A stretch of 63,193 nucleotides of DNA, filler included, from Sluysia triapertura (taxonomy: Eukaryota), in the NCBI GenBank assembly GCA_046118255.1. It is 5 parts of 5 records of this genome, joined end to end, with 100 filler letters (N's around TTAATTAATTAA, not from the genome) between each part and the next. Parts side by side here need not be neighbours in the genome. Positions count along the whole stretch, not along the records: positions 25,479 to 38,953 come from JBJNIA010038478.1; positions 39,054 to 50,863 come from JBJNIA010168925.1; 3 more parts are not named here. One strand, 5' to 3'. The notes beneath the pieces were generated by a model, which ran no database searches, was not told the DNA's origin, and worked only from the letters and a program-made list of their open reading frames with translations. Position numbers and translations under genes: made by a program. This document shows positions 25,708-40,054 of the stretch, piece by piece. The first letter of the stretch is position 1; every line of letters starts with the position of its first letter.

Positions 25708-26366
25708 CAACACCGAATAAAGGAGTGGGCAAGGCGGGCGACTTTCCGGATGCCAAATTCTGAGGAGCGCTGACATGAAAACAAAATATTTTTTACAATC
25801 ATTATTTTTTTAGATTTTTCACGAGACATCAGTTTTTTAGCAAGAAATAAATTTTTTTTCTTTAATAATACTAAATAAACACTAAATATTTTAATAATGT
25901 AAACAGTTTACAAACTGACTTTCAAAAAAAATTAATTTAATTAACTATGTTATCGAATTTTTGACAAATAGCATTACAAAAAATCTTGTATGTCACATGT
26001 ATGCAACAGAAATAGCATAACTTACTTTTCAAGGTTTATGCTGTTTCATCTCTCAAGCTTTTTAATGCACTTTTTTAATGTTTCAAGCTTTTTTAATGTT
26101 TCAAGCTTTTTTAATGTTTCAAGCTTTTTTAATGTTTCATCTCTCAAGCTTTTTATGTTATTTTATATGTTGTATCGCTTGTAAGTAAATGACGATTGTA
26201 TTATTTTTTTAATAAATAAATTTTTTACATAGTCCTTTATTGTGTAGTTTTGATTTTTTGCATTTTTTACTATTTTTTTAATTCGCAGTCAATTTGTTTA
26301 TTCTTGTGTGAAAGGGCGCCAATTTTTGTTTTACCCAGTGCGCTCAAAACCCCAGATCCGTCCCTT
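25708..26366. mobile_element. hAT-like non-autonomous element with internal 18-bp tandem repeat
   Basis: GC-rich termini (GGGCAAGGCGGGCGAC...; GGGCGCC...CCCAGATCCGTCCCT) typical of hAT MITEs; TTTCAAGCTTTTTTAATG repeated about 3-4 times at 26050-26155. Confidence 0.5.
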
Positions 26367-29300
26367 CTTGGGATTTTATTGGAAACATTTTTTATTCAAA
26401 GTCGGATTTATGATTGAATATTTATCGGAAACATACGAAAATTTCATAATAGGTACAATCTATTCAAGTTACATAAAGATTTAAAATTAATAATATTTGG
26501 GGTAAATTTTTATCATTATTGTAATAAAAAATAAACTGTACTTGTAGTAGAATTTATTTATATTATTTAAGTCTTTAAAAGAAAATTTTATTCACACTTC
26601 TATCTCTAACATCCAAGACGAGTTCGAATTGCCACTTTTCAGATCGAAATAATTTTGTAATTATTTTAAATTTAATTTATTTAGCATTATTTTAAATTTT
26701 GAATCATTTCAAATGTAAATAATCATTAATAATTTGTAAAATTATCATTTTAGGCTCCAAATCATTCTAAATTTAATGTATGGAAAAACATTTGTTTAAA
26801 TATAAATATAATTTAATGCAAAATTTAATGAATCATTTTAACTTTAATTTATGAGGAAAGATACGTGTTACGATAATGAAAAAATTTAATGGATTTTTTT
26901 AAAGGCAAAATTAATGGATTCATTTAATGGATTTATGCAATACCACCGAATGTCAAATAAGTTAAGGTAAATACAAAAACTTATGAACATTAATTCACAG
27001 AAACAAAAAGATAAGTTAAAAGAAAGTGTCCATTAGTATTATTCGATTGGTAAAAGTTGGTTAATTGTCCAATTATTTTGTAAACGCATAATTTCATAAA
27101 GGTGCAACACGATTACTTAGTAAAGGCGTAATTTCGATACTTGGAACAGTGCTATCCGGTTATTGGGTAAAAGTAATCATTCATATTTGACAAGGATCTT
27201 AACCATTTTTCAAACCGAATTAATAAGTTTAGGATACGCGGGTTTACCTTACTTACGCAAGGTATAAAATCAAATCAATCTTCACATCATTTTTCAGCTA
27301 GCTTAAGCCAAAATATTATTAAAACACATTAGAGCAAAATCCATTGCGATAAATTTTCATTTATTAAGTATTATAAACTTGTGATTTTTATTTACTTTTA
27401 GAATAACAGTTTTTCTTAGTGATAATTTTGTTGTTCATTTATTGTATTAAATAAAAGTTTGTTTGCTGTTAATTCCTTGTTTATAGATTGATAATTAAAT
27501 ACAGAATTTGCATAATGTCAATGATACGGATACAAAGGTAGAAAAAGGATTTCAAAATTAATTGTTAGTAATTAATTAAAGTATTTTTTCCAAAATCCAA
27601 ATTGTTTCAAAATTAAATGATAACATTATTTAATGAAACTACTTTTTAATGTTAAATATTTAATTGAATTATTTTTTAGTTGATAAATTAGTGGATTTTT
27701 TCAATAATTGATAAGATAATGGATTTATTTAATGGAGTTATTTTTAATTTTTAATTGGCCAAACTTAGTACATATAGATGTTATAAGATTCAAATTAATT
27801 ACAAGTCAAGTTAGAAAAATTTAGACTTCGTGAAAAAACAAAATTATAATCAATTGTCAAACTCGATTTTGTCATTTTTTATTTGGTCACCGAAAACATC
27901 ATCTAACTTTGTATTCTGTATCAAGTAGTAAGTTACTTTATATAAGTAATACTTTCGTTTTTTGCGGGAGATATAAATCATACTTAAATTTTATTTAATA
28001 ACTGTTAATATTAGCCAAATTATAAAATCACTACTATCATCAATTATTTAATAGGACTTTGCTTACGTTTTAATTGTTATTTTTATTATTGATGATTTTA
28101 TAATCAACTTGAAATCCTAAAGGTATATCTTTCGCAAGAATATAAAATGTATACTAATTTTCGCAAGTGCGTGATTTTAATAAATAAACAAATTAAAATC
28201 ATAGCCATTTTTATTAAGATATCATTTACTCATTTGATATCAGTTATCCGAATAATTTAAAAGAATTAAAAGTAAAAGTTTTACAAAGTTTCGAATTGTA
28301 TACTGTACATGAATAGTAGTCATTAATTATTAGAAACATACAGTAAATTTAAACTTTGTAAATCTAATTCTGATTTAAAGTTTTATTACAATACTAAATA
28401 TGAACATATAAATGAATTTAAAAAATGATATTAAATTTTCCTAAGATTATTTTTGTACGTATAAAATAATAATTTTAATAATAATAATTATTATTATTAT
28501 CTAAGTGAGTCATAATATGTATTTCTTCCGCTTTTGCTGAACAAAATATACGAAGAAGATTTTAAGTTCTCACGAAAGTAACTATTTATTATTTCATAAA
28601 GAAAATATTATTTCCTTTACTACCAAAGGAAGTGGCTACTTACTATCTATATCTGCAATCATACTATCCAGCCAATGGTCAGTTTTCATAGTAAGAGTTT
28701 AGTAATTAAAATTAGGTTGTATATATATAAAAGAAAAACTATCATTAATTTTCTTTAACACAATCAAATATTAAAGTTTATTTTTTCACATTTAAATTAT
28801 GTTGTATAACACATTTATCGATTATTTTATCATTATAAATTATTCTTTTATACTACATTATGTGCGTTTTCTTTCACTAGTAATTAATTTTTCTAGAAGA
28901 AAATATTGCATCAATTAAATTAAATTTTCTTTGATAAAAAAATTACAATTTAATGAATTTAAATTTTTTATATCGTTAAAATAGTTATGTCAACATTTAT
29001 GTTAGGCTAATTATTTTTAGACGCATATACGAAATAAATTATAAAAATAATTTTGTTAAATATTAATATTTAATTTTAGGTAAAATGTAACCTATAAAAA
29101 TTTGCTACTAACAAGGTTTATATGCATTACATACAATTCGAATACATAAAATAACAAAGTTAATTTTTTCATTAAACAGATTTAATTAATACATTGTATT
29201 TATTCGATACCATTTTAATGCAACATATTACTAGAAGTTAACTAGTGGAATTTACACTTGGGCCCATTGAACCAGACTGGCAGATGGAAGGTTAAATATA

Positions 29301-31794
29301 ATATTTCCATCAATCAACTATTTTATTAAATGTACTAATAAGTCCAAATATATCGTTTGTATTTTCATCACGATCTTGATTATTGTGTTAGACTATATGA
29401 CTTATGATGTTATGATAATATTCGATGTAAAGTTTATCTTAATTCTTAAAGCTTCTGTGACTTCTCTTATTTTATGTATAGAGAACTAAATTATTTAATT
29501 AAAATTATTTTAATTAAATTATTTTAATTTTTTAAGTTATATTAAATTAATTCAATTAAGTCACGAAAAAAACAACGTTAAAATAAAACATAAAATAAAA
29601 ATTACTTTAGCTCTTTCAGAACATCACTTTAAATTTTTGTTTCTAATTTTTGTAATTAGTGCATTTGTTATAAAAATGTAGTTTTAATTAAAATTTAAAA
29701 TAATCTTTTTTTTGTTAAAAGAAGTAGTAATATAATAACATAGAATTTAATTAGAAATGTGTCTAGTTTAATCCAATTAATTATTTAAAATAGAAATAGT
29801 ATTATTTTGTTAGAACTTGTCACTTTTCAAAGAATTTTATTGTAATTACAGTAACAATAATATTTTTTACACAAAAAAAGGAAAATAAATGTAAAAATAA
29901 ATTTAAATTTAATTGTAACAATTAACAAAATGATTAATAATAATAATTTTTCTTTGTATTTTATATTTTTAAAAATTGTTAAATTTTTTCTCTTATTATA
30001 TTTGTTATGTATACTTGTGGTTCCAAAACTCTGCTCAGCCGTGTGCTTGTGTGTTACAAGTATAAGGTCTAGTATCGAACGTATGTTTAAAAATTCATTT
30101 AAATATGCTTTTAAATATATTTTGTTTATATATTCACATTTCAACTATTTCTGACTTTATTTAATTTAGTTGTTTATTTATTGTGAATGGAACTAAACTA
30201 AAAATTAAAATTGGTAAATTTATTTAAAGGAAACGTTCTTCGAAATAGAATACGCTAATATTGGTAAAAATCTGGAATTATTTTTATTTGGTTCAAAATA
30301 CGCCATTTAAAGTTTTTTTTAATGTTCTGATCTGGGTCATCCAAAAGCCTTAAAACTTTTAATCTTGTATTTTAATGTGATTGAATTCTGTAGATTTTTC
30401 AAAGTTTGATTCAATGTTAAATTATTTTTGATGCGACCAAAGAGACCTATCGGACAATGAACTTGTAGATTGGATCATTTTATGTTTTCTGGAGAAATCT
30501 GAATATGTATTTTTACGAAGATAGTGTCTAAATTACTTGTCCAATACGAATGTCTACTGCTTCTACCATTTTCAGCGAAATTTTAAGGCATTTTCAACCC
30601 GATACTTTCCAAGTTGTGTAGTTATTTATTGCCTTTGCAAAAAGTCCCCATTTAGCAAAAATACAATGATCGTAATGCCACTGTAATGTATATTCCTTGA
30701 CATTTTAAGAATTTTGCGATAAATGTTATCCACTTCATACAGATATTTATCAGATTTTTTCTTTTGTAAGGTATTAGTAAGAAATTTGTAAAGATAATAT
30801 TACAGCAAAATTTTAAATCATAAAAAGAAAAAGAATTTTAAAAAATTTATAATGTGAAAATAAATTAACAAATGAAAATAATTAATAATTAAAAATCAAC
30901 TTTTACAAATAAAAGTGTGGTGGCCAACATATAATGTTAATAAATTTTATTAAAATTCACATTTCATATTTCCCAAAACACTCATCAAAAATATCCCTTT
31001 TACATAAGTTTTTGTTAACATAACATTCACCCTCAAAATCTACAAATTACATTCAAAAATTATCATAAAACAATAATCAACTAAATCAACACATTGTACA
31101 TAAAACCATACTTTTAAACACTTTATTTATTTAAACCATATTTATCCCTTTTACGTACACCAAAAACATCTTCATCCGTTAAAATCAATTAAACCCACAA
31201 TCTCATAACATTCAAACTACAATTACATTCACAACCATTAAATTACGTTAAAAAATTCATCTGAAATATTTTATTCTCCATTTCTGAACAATTCAATCAC
31301 AATCACATTCGAGATTAACTAACAAACATCTTCAAAGCAATCCAAACATTCTAAAGTCATGATCTGCATCATTTAATTCTCTACAACACATAAAGATATC
31401 ACTACTTAAACATATCAAGAAAATAAATCACATTTCAACATCGTAAAATCACCTTGTGAACATACCAAAAACTAGACTATAACTTATCTACTTTTATACA
31501 TTAAACTACACCCTTATAACATATTAATAACTAATGATCTATTAACATTTTCAGCTAGAGACATCATTTCGTTTAGAACATTAGGCTTTTTATTTAAAAT
31601 TTACGTAAAACTAGAAAACAGTAGTTCGGATTTATATTAAAAAGCCTTACGCATTATCTTACATCTTTAAGCCTTAACATCGCAAATTCACAATTATGTA
31701 AGGTTTATTTGTTTTCATAAGCCTAATATGTTGAGAAATCTAAAAGTATTTAAAGTAAGATCATGTAATTTAAGAATCTAAGATTTTATGCATT

Positions 31795-31857
<63 letters not shown>
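31795..31857. repeat. (AAT)n microsatellite
   Basis: Visible run. Confidence 0.95.
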
Positions 31858-31859
<2 letters not shown>

Positions 31860-32499
31860 GACAACATTGTCGTTCTTGTTATTATTATTGCCACTTTAAT
31901 TCTATTTATTGTAGTTCAAATATGTTCAGAATATAAAAGATATAAAAGAAAAGCACATGTTCAGATAAAATAAAGAAATTCATGTATTTTTAGGTTAATA
32001 ATAATAATAGTAAGATTCTTGTTATTATTATTATCACCATTTTTAATTTTTATTATTTTTATTTTTAATTAACGTATTAAAATAATTCAGTAACTACCAC
32101 TACAAGTGGTTACTACATTAATTTACAATGACAATCAATGTCACCACTGATAGTGGTTCAAACATCAATCAATTAATTTTTCTTCGTTTTGTTTGTACAA
32201 TTTATTGGCCATCCAACCAAAGCAAATATTACTGTAGTTTTCATTTCAATGTCTCTGGTTGGATGACCAATCAATAATCATTGTTTCCAAAAAGAGTTTC
32301 CTAACCACAATTTTATTTTACATTGTGTTTGGCAGTACTTATAGAAAATGGCTACTTTTGTATTAGAATCTATGGAAGAACAAAATAATTTCATTATTGT
32401 AGAATTTTGGAAAAATAATAAAAAATTGAATGAGCTACAACCACAATCCCAATCACAAAAACAGATAGAATATGATTAGTTAAAGTTGAAGACGAGAAT

Positions 32500-33006
32500 G
32501 TTCGAATGATCAAATTCGTTATTTTATGTATCAAATATTCTTCTATATTGATGCATGGAGACTTGAGACTTGCTAATGTTTTCATAAATAATAATTACCT
32601 GACGAAGATAACTTATTTTGGAAAGGAAAGGTCAATTAAACAAATAAATCCAACACAAATTTCTGATTCAAATTTTAATTGTACGCTACAAGATGTCGTG
32701 AAGATGATAGATGAATTTCGACAATTAAAAAGGTTATTGCATAATAATCCTATGTATAATGTTAATGATCAAATTAAGGAACATATATTATTAGTAAGCT
32801 TGAAAGACTTCCAAGAAATTAGCTACATGTTAACTCATACAATCAGAAAAAGATACAACGTATGCAGAATCAAATTCATAAAGTCTTCCCTTTATGAACG
32901 ATCTGAGAACGATGATCAGAAAGGTGTTGTTTCTAACGAGTTTAATTACAGTTTAGAACATACAATGCCTGAATTATTAGATGTTATTAATAATGCGTTT
33001 ATTTAA
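32500..33006 (+). pseudogene. Second ERK5-like kinase fragment fused to the same novel tail as in copy C
   Basis: SNDQIRYFMYQIF and MHGDLRLANVFINNNYLTKITYFGKER (subdomains VIa-VII, degenerate), then TLQDVVKMIDEFRQLKRLLHN, shared with 19540-19620. Confidence 0.75.
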
Positions 33007-33199
33007 TCTGACTCTTTATTCATTAAATAAATCTAACTATTGTACAACAATAAAGAGTATCATTCTGAAAATACATACTCCGCCCAATATAGACTTATCT
33101 CTTATGACTATTAGAGGTTTTAAATTATGTATTCAAAATACGAATGATTTGTTTATGTTATTTACTCTCAGTGAAGTGACTAAAAATGTTGATTGTGAA

Positions 33200-33490
33200 C
33201 CTAACGATTATAAAAAAGTCGATTACGAACTTAATGACTATAAAAGTATTTATTACCAACTTAACGATTATACTAATGTTGATTACGAACTTAATGATTA
33301 TAAAATTAATGATTACAAAATAAATTATTACAAACTTAACAATAGTAATATTAATGATTACGAAATTAACGATTATAAAATTACTGATTGCGAAATTAAC
33401 GATTATAAAGCTATAGATTATAAAGATGATAACAAATTTAATGATTATACAGATGATGATTGCAAACTTAACCCTTATAAAGATTATGAA
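33200..33490 (+). repeat. Coding-like 15/30-bp tandem repeat encoding (I/L)NDY(K/E)
   Basis: AACGATTATAAA/AATGATTAC units stay in frame within ORF 32981-33562. Confidence 0.85.
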
Positions 33491-36398
33491 TTCTACTGCA
33501 ATTTAAGCCAAACTCCTTGGACTAATGTGGATCCTGGTAGTGACATCAAAAGAACAATGTGAATATTTAATACCGATAAACTAGGAAATTGTGTCAAATA
33601 TGGGAACAGCTTTATATATGCCCATGGAGTAGAAGAACTGATGAATTCATACACCAATTCTTTACAGAACATCAATCATCTTCATCAAATCGGAAATATC
33701 TTAAGATCCTTTGAAACATCTAATCTGAACACGAGAAATAATGATACTATTGACAACGAACTTAAAGTAATTAAATTATACACCGAAAATAATAGTATTT
33801 TAATTTTTATATTTTGTTTAGATAACGGAACGGGAGATTTTCGTGTCACATCCTTCAGGACAGCATATTTAACTTTTATCTATGTAATAAAAAAAAGTTT
33901 TATGTAATTATTATTTGTCAGCTTTCATTTTTAATTTAAAAAATAAATCTCAAAAATTTGTATTTTTTTATTACAATAAAAAATTGAATTTTAACATAAA
34001 ATCAAAATTATATATAACATCACAACAAAAATTTTTATTACTCAACTTTATTATTTTGTATTATGAATAAAAACTTTGTTTAATTTTATTACGAATAAAA
34101 TTTATCTGATCAGCACTGCTAAATTTAATAAGAAATTTTTATCACCAGAATTTTCTGTTGTTATTGATTATAAATAGGCAGAAAACATTTTTAAAAGTAC
34201 GCAACACAAAAAATCAACTTGATAGATATTCACTACGACGTTGGTTAAGACTTTGCAATATCGAAATAATTGTTTCCACATTCGGAATTAATTGTTTTCT
34301 CTTGCCTTCAAAGTTATCTTCGCATCAACTGGGTATTCGTAACTAGAATAACATTTTTATGTGTCAATTAGAAACAATCTTTTCAGTCCATGCAATCCAT
34401 GCCGAAGTCGTAAGTTCATTTGTTATAGGATTCTCCCTTTGATTAGCATAGGGTTAAAATATTACTTAAAATCTCTATTATTTCCCGCCAAGAATTATTT
34501 CTGTTTAAGATTTTATCAAATTATACTTACGAAATAAAGTGAAGTAAGTTCAGCTAACAAGCACGATTTATGTCTATGAGGACGTCCTATTAGGCTTTTG
34601 AAAAATGAATTATTTATTAGTAATTTCACAAATTTTCTATTTGAAAGGTGCCACATATTCACATAAAATTTAAATATGCTACTTAATAATCTACTTTTCA
34701 ATCTTAAATAACGATCAAATAAATTAAACTAGCCGTTGAAAATAATTTTAAACTAGCCTTTATGGTATACCGTTCAATTTAGATTATTTTAATGAATGTA
34801 AGGTCTTAGATTTTAATGTACGCGTCAAAAGAAAACTTATCAAAATTAATTTATATTATCTACAAGTCTAAGGAATACAAAGAAGAAATACATATTAACA
34901 ATAATGTATACTAAGAAAAATGTATCTACAAAAATATCAACAAATTATAATATGTTAGAATAATTAGAAGCAATATTTTATTACTTAAATGATTTTACCT
35001 TACAACTTAAGGTCTAGTGTGATAATCAAAAGATTTAAGCAAAATTTTATGTTATTAACTAAAATAAGAACTGAAAACCTATTGAAAACAAACTTACGTG
35101 TTCTGATAATTAATTGTTATCTTCTCTGGAGGCTTAACGCAAAATTTTATCTGTATTTATATAAAATCTGCAATAAGCAACTATATTGAAATTTTCTCTT
35201 TGTAAATAATCAATTATTTCATTGAAACAAATTTATATCTATTTATTTTACAGAAATTTTATGAAAAATGTTTTAATTATAAATATAAGTATTTATAAAA
35301 CAATTTATAAAATAAAACAAATTAATTATCAATATAAAAATATAAAATAATTTATAAAAATGATTAAAACAAATTGTAATTTTTTTAATGACTTCAACCT
35401 CCAACTTCAGCAAATATCAATAAATCCAACACATGACTTAAAATCTGATTAAAATTAAATTGTAAATTAAGGAAATAACCTTAATTTTTAAATCATTATT
35501 ATATACCATAATTAATCTGTGTGTGTAATAATTTGTACATTGTGCTTAGTTTGGTTTCATTTATTAATAAAATTTAGTATTTTATTTATTAACTTATTTG
35601 TATTTTATTTCATCGAAGAGATCATTGCAAGGTTATTAAGAATTATTAAGGTTTTTAATAATTCCATATTGACGCCGAATTAAGAGAAAAACTTTCTAAT
35701 GCGTAGACTGTTCAATCTTTCAATTCTAAAACACCTGTAGCTGTGTTTTCCATAGGATATAAATCTACAAGCGAACCCGTAGATTATTAAGTTATATTTG
35801 TTGAAATAAATTTTCAGTACTTTTATTTTTAAGCTTGAAGAGTTTATAGTATAAAACGTTTATGTTAGGATTCTTCACTTTATCTTTAAAAATAAGGCTA
35901 ACTATTTTTTCCTTTGTAGTTAATTGTTCATTATTTTTTTGTTTGTAAAATGTTAAGCTATACTGCAACAGATCTAATTCTATTATTGTAACACCTTTTA
36001 AATAGTTTAATTTTTATTATTAATGTAATTTTTGATATAGACCTGACATATAATTTCATCAACATAACCCGAATAAGTTTAAAACATATTTTTATATACC
36101 TTCACTTTTAATATCTTTAACAATATTTTTGTTTTGTAAACTAAGTTATCAATTTGTTTCGACTATAATTTTATCATTTATTATAAAAGCAATTACTTTG
36201 TTAGTTTTTATAATTTACATTTCTTAATCTATTAAACATAATATAATATTTTATTATATTTTAAAAGAGCAATTATTTTTGATATTTATATAACTTCGAA
36301 TTTAAAAATTGTTTCTTGTCTAATTTAGAATTATTAAATCTATTAAACATAATTTTTCGGTAATAGTTGTCAAAAGAATTAATTAAAATTGTTTTTAA

Positions 36399-36878
36399 CC
36401 CTTTCGCCGCCGGTGGGACCAATTGGTTCCACTCGTATTTCTGTAAGTTTCTCCGGCTTAAGCAGGTCATGTTACATATTGTTTTAGAGGATTAAATAAG
36501 GACAGTGTTTTGCATAATCGTTTCTGCTTTTAAAGTGTGTTATTTAAATAATTATTTTGTGAGAAAAGTATTTGAATCAAATAAAATAAGTGAAAATATT
36601 ATAAAGTCTAAAGTTGTTTTTACTTTTGTTAGAATATGGCAGATTGCTTTAGAACATTCCACACTATATAGAGAATGTAGCATTCCACTTTGATAGAGAA
36701 TGCTACATTTACCAATTTTCACATTTAACGCTATTTTATTGAAAATTCATGAAAAATTTTACATTTTTTATTAATTTTGAAATTAACACTAACGCAAGTG
36801 ACTTTTCTCACATATATTTCATATAATCTCTCTAACAAATTTATGTTCGCAAAAATGCACTCACCGGCGGTTACAGGG
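36399..36878. mobile_element. piggyBac non-autonomous element (480 bp)
   Basis: TTAA|CCCTTTCGCCGCCGGTG ... CACCGGCGGTTACAGGG|TTAA: TTAA TSD and CCC/GGG ends, TIR 14/17. Internal palindrome at 36673-36710. Confidence 0.9.
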
Positions 36879-38041
36879 TTAAATGCAAGAAATTAACGAA
36901 GAAATTTTCATATACATATTATTTCGTATATATATTAGGTTTTCCCTTGTTTAATATGTTCAAAAGGAAGCAAAAAGTCATGTAATAGTTTGAGTAATTT
37001 AAAATATTACTCTTAAAATATAATGCAATCGAGATAATAAATAATGATTAAAAAATAACATACTATAGAAATTATTGTGATATTGTTTTTTATCGTTTTG
37101 TTATGCAAAAAGAATATAATAAAATATTAATAATTATTTTAATTCTACAAAATATTAATAATTTTTATTAAAAATATAAATGACTTTTACATAAAAATTA
37201 ATGAAAAATAAAATATTAAATAATAAAAATATTTTATTGTTTTCGGTAAAGCATTTTACATTTGTTATTATATAAGAGAAGTTCAATTAAATATTTTATA
37301 AACAATTTTATTGGCAACTTTACGTATATAAAAGGATACAGAAATAACAAATAATACAGAATACCAATACTAAGGAGTTTTAACGACAGCGATAACTTGC
37401 GATTCTACTACGATTATTTCAAATATTTTTTATGAAAAAGAGCAAGATTATTTCCCTCACGACAACTGTAATGGAAACACAGAATCTGGCTATTTGATTA
37501 CGATTAATGCAATATTTTTTTGCGGATATATGATCGAGATCGGACTTTAGTTCACTTACTTCCATTCCAGGAGAAGTATAAGTTCCGTTAATTAAATTTA
37601 TTTTCGGCTATTTTAAAAGTAGCTTCAAAATCAGTTTTAAATTTATCTGTTAAAATTTAAGAGGAATTTTAAATTATGGATATATTTCATGACCTAGTAT
37701 TTTGTTTCATTATATCTTTAAATCTTTATTGAATTATTTATTAAAGTGATATTTTTGTAAGAAAAAGGTTATAAAAGTGTAGGCCAAAGAAACATAAAAA
37801 AGTTTTCCTTTCCGAATTGTTCCTGACATTCCAGTTAGAAAGCTTAGAATAAATAGAGACCATCTAAGATAGAAATGTTGAGCATGATAGCATAGAGTCC
37901 TATTAGAAATAAAGCGTATACTATGGGCAGACTCTAAGAAATTCATTTTGGCATACGATTAATATATCAAGAAATGAAAAACTTTCCATTTTCTTGTTAC
38001 ATTAAAAATTGATTATCCAGTTTATTTAAAATAAATTTCTC

Positions 38042-38405
38042 GGTAAAGGTGTACAATAAGGGCGCCAATTTAATTAATTAAAATAATAATTAAATAAATT
38101 AATTGAGTAAATTAATTAAATAAATATTAATTGTTTTTAAATTTAAATATATGTTTGGAACACCTAAAATAATGATTCCTTCATATTTGGATGAGTTTAT
38201 GTGGATAAGAAGATATAATAATAACAATGTTAAATTTCAGAATGGAATAATTTAAATTAAACTATATTTGATATATATTTAAAATACATTATATTTTACA
38301 TTTTCTATAATTAAAATATTTCATTGCATATATTGTTTTAATACATTGTTTATTTAATTATTATATTAGTTAATTAAATTGGCCTCCTTATTGTACATCT
38401 TTACC
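38042..38405 (+). mobile_element. Merlin (IS1016-like) deletion derivative
   Basis: TIRs of about 55 bp beginning GGTAAAG(G/A)TGTACAATAAGG. The internal remnant GTPKIMIPSYLDEFMWIRRY matches the Merlin/IS1595 transposase C-terminal YLDEFxWR motif. Confidence 0.8.
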
Positions 38406-38636
38406 AATATATATCAAAATTTTATACTCGAAATTAAAAGTTGAAATTGTGCTTACCCATTAAGAGTTTTCAGTGACTATATTATTTTAAGAAAAATTGA
38501 AACTTATTAATTCTTTAACTGACAAAGTCCACTTTCTCATTTTAAATTACAAAGTATGTAAAATCTAATCTAGAATATTACGGCATTATAAAAATTTAAT
38601 GAAATAATAATAATAATAAACTAAAAAAATTCAAAC

Positions 38637-38783
38637 TTGTCTAAATTCCTCCACTGCTAAAATAAGGGTCCAAGAAAACAATACAATATGAGATACATCA
38701 TAACTTAAGCTAGGACTATATTCAACTTTCATTTTAAACAACAGTATACCGGCAAAATACATGAGATATAAAACATAGAAAAA
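38637..38783 (-). CDS. TRPM: TRPM-family cation channel exon (S1-S2)
   Basis: CAG|...|GT bounded 147-nt phase-0 exon FFYVLYLMYFAGILLFKM...IVLFSWTLILAVEEFRQ, compare TRPM2 YLWLFSLVCEEMRQ. Confidence 0.7.
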
Positions 38784-39053
38784 CTGAAATAAATTTAAAT
38801 GAAATTTAAACATTTTATTAAACAAATAAACAAATATCACTTAAACATTACATTTAATGCACAATTCCGAAGAGTACAATTATTTTTATTTTAAAATACA
38901 ATTAAAAGCGCTTAAAATTAAAACTAAGAAACATTAACTGTAACATATATATANNNNNNNNNNNNNNNNNNNNNNNNNNNNNNNNNNNNNNNNNNNNTTA
39001 ATTAATTAANNNNNNNNNNNNNNNNNNNNNNNNNNNNNNNNNNNNNNNNNNNN

Positions 39054-39240
39054 TAATAATTGATAAATACCTTTAACATTTGATTTATTCGCTTCAAACG
39101 ACTTATTATAAAAATCCACTTTTTTCTTTTCAATAGATTGGAATAGTATATTACGAGATTTTATGTATTCATTTTTTGTTTTATCAGTTTTTGGACTTCG
39201 CCATTTCCTTTCTTTGCACCGTATTAGTATTGTCAACATA
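39054..39240 (-). mobile_element. L2/CR1-type non-LTR ORF2 linker fragment
   Basis: ERKWRS...EYIKSRNILFQSIEKKKVDFYNKSFEANKSNVKGIYQLL resembles the EN-RT linker of L2/CR1 elements; truncated by a gap. Confidence 0.55.
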
Positions 39241-39991
39241 CATTAAATATAACGAATTTAACTTTCGTTTTTAGAATTTTGATTTTAAGCTTTTCACAAC
39301 CAATTATTTAATGGAAAAATTTAAGGTTCTCATTCTCAAACAAACTATTCCACAAGCATTTTAAATTCATTCCCAGATTGTCCTCTTTAACAGCAATCAT
39401 CACATATTCACTTCATTAAGTTTTCACCATTTCAACATTCCATAATTAACAATTAATTAAAATTTGACTTTGCTAAATTTTAAGGCTTTCCTTGCAAGAA
39501 CTTCATCAAACCATAACTTCGTCAAAGATCTTTTAACTTTAATATAGCATTCCGCATTCAAAAGTACATTCTTAATTAAGTAGATTACAATTTTAATTAA
39601 TTAATTTATTTTTGGATTACATTTTATTTTATGTTTAAAGGTTTTTATTAAAGTTCTAAACTCTATAAGACAATATATAAATTAATATATAAATTTATCT
39701 TTAATATTAGTAACAATGATCTTATTTCTCAAATATTTATAAGGTTATTCAAAGGTCTTATATGCATATCGAAGTCTCAGAGATTCTTAACGGTTAATGA
39801 GGTCTTTCATGATGTCAAAGTTCACAAAATCAAAGGTACCTCAGTGCCTCCAAAGGTTTTCCAAAACCATATCAAGCCTCAACAAGTCTAACTCCATTTT
39901 TATTCCAACAGTGTTTATAATATTCCATCAGTTCGATTAGTTAAATGAATGCATGCTATAAAGTTGTAAAAATTAAATTAATAAGGGAAAC

Positions 39992-40054
39992 GATATAAAT
40001 ATCCAAAATGAAGTAACTGAAGAATTGTAGTATAATGAGATTAAATCCCCATAT
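39992..40054 (-). CDS. Possible TRPM pre-S1 exon
   Basis: YGDLISLYYNSSVTSFWIF resembles TRPM FYxAPIVKFW and lies upstream of the S1-S2 exon on the same strand. The splice phase does not join cleanly. Confidence 0.35.

Larger units (their letters stand above)
30916..34027 (+). mobile_element. Family 1 cargo element, copy E
   Basis: TGTGGTGGCCAAC...CATCACAACA; inverted repeats at 32096-32157 and 32204-32271; intron 33767-33821; AATAAA about 50 nt before the end. Confidence 0.85.

Noticed and set aside
26050-26155. Repeat array as CRISPR
   Set aside because: Head-to-tail 18-bp units with no unique spacers, in a eukaryotic context.
26600-29300. Scattered exon-like GC-richer patches with GT donors on the plus strand
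   Set aside because: May be a real multi-exon gene, but no frame or homology could be established.
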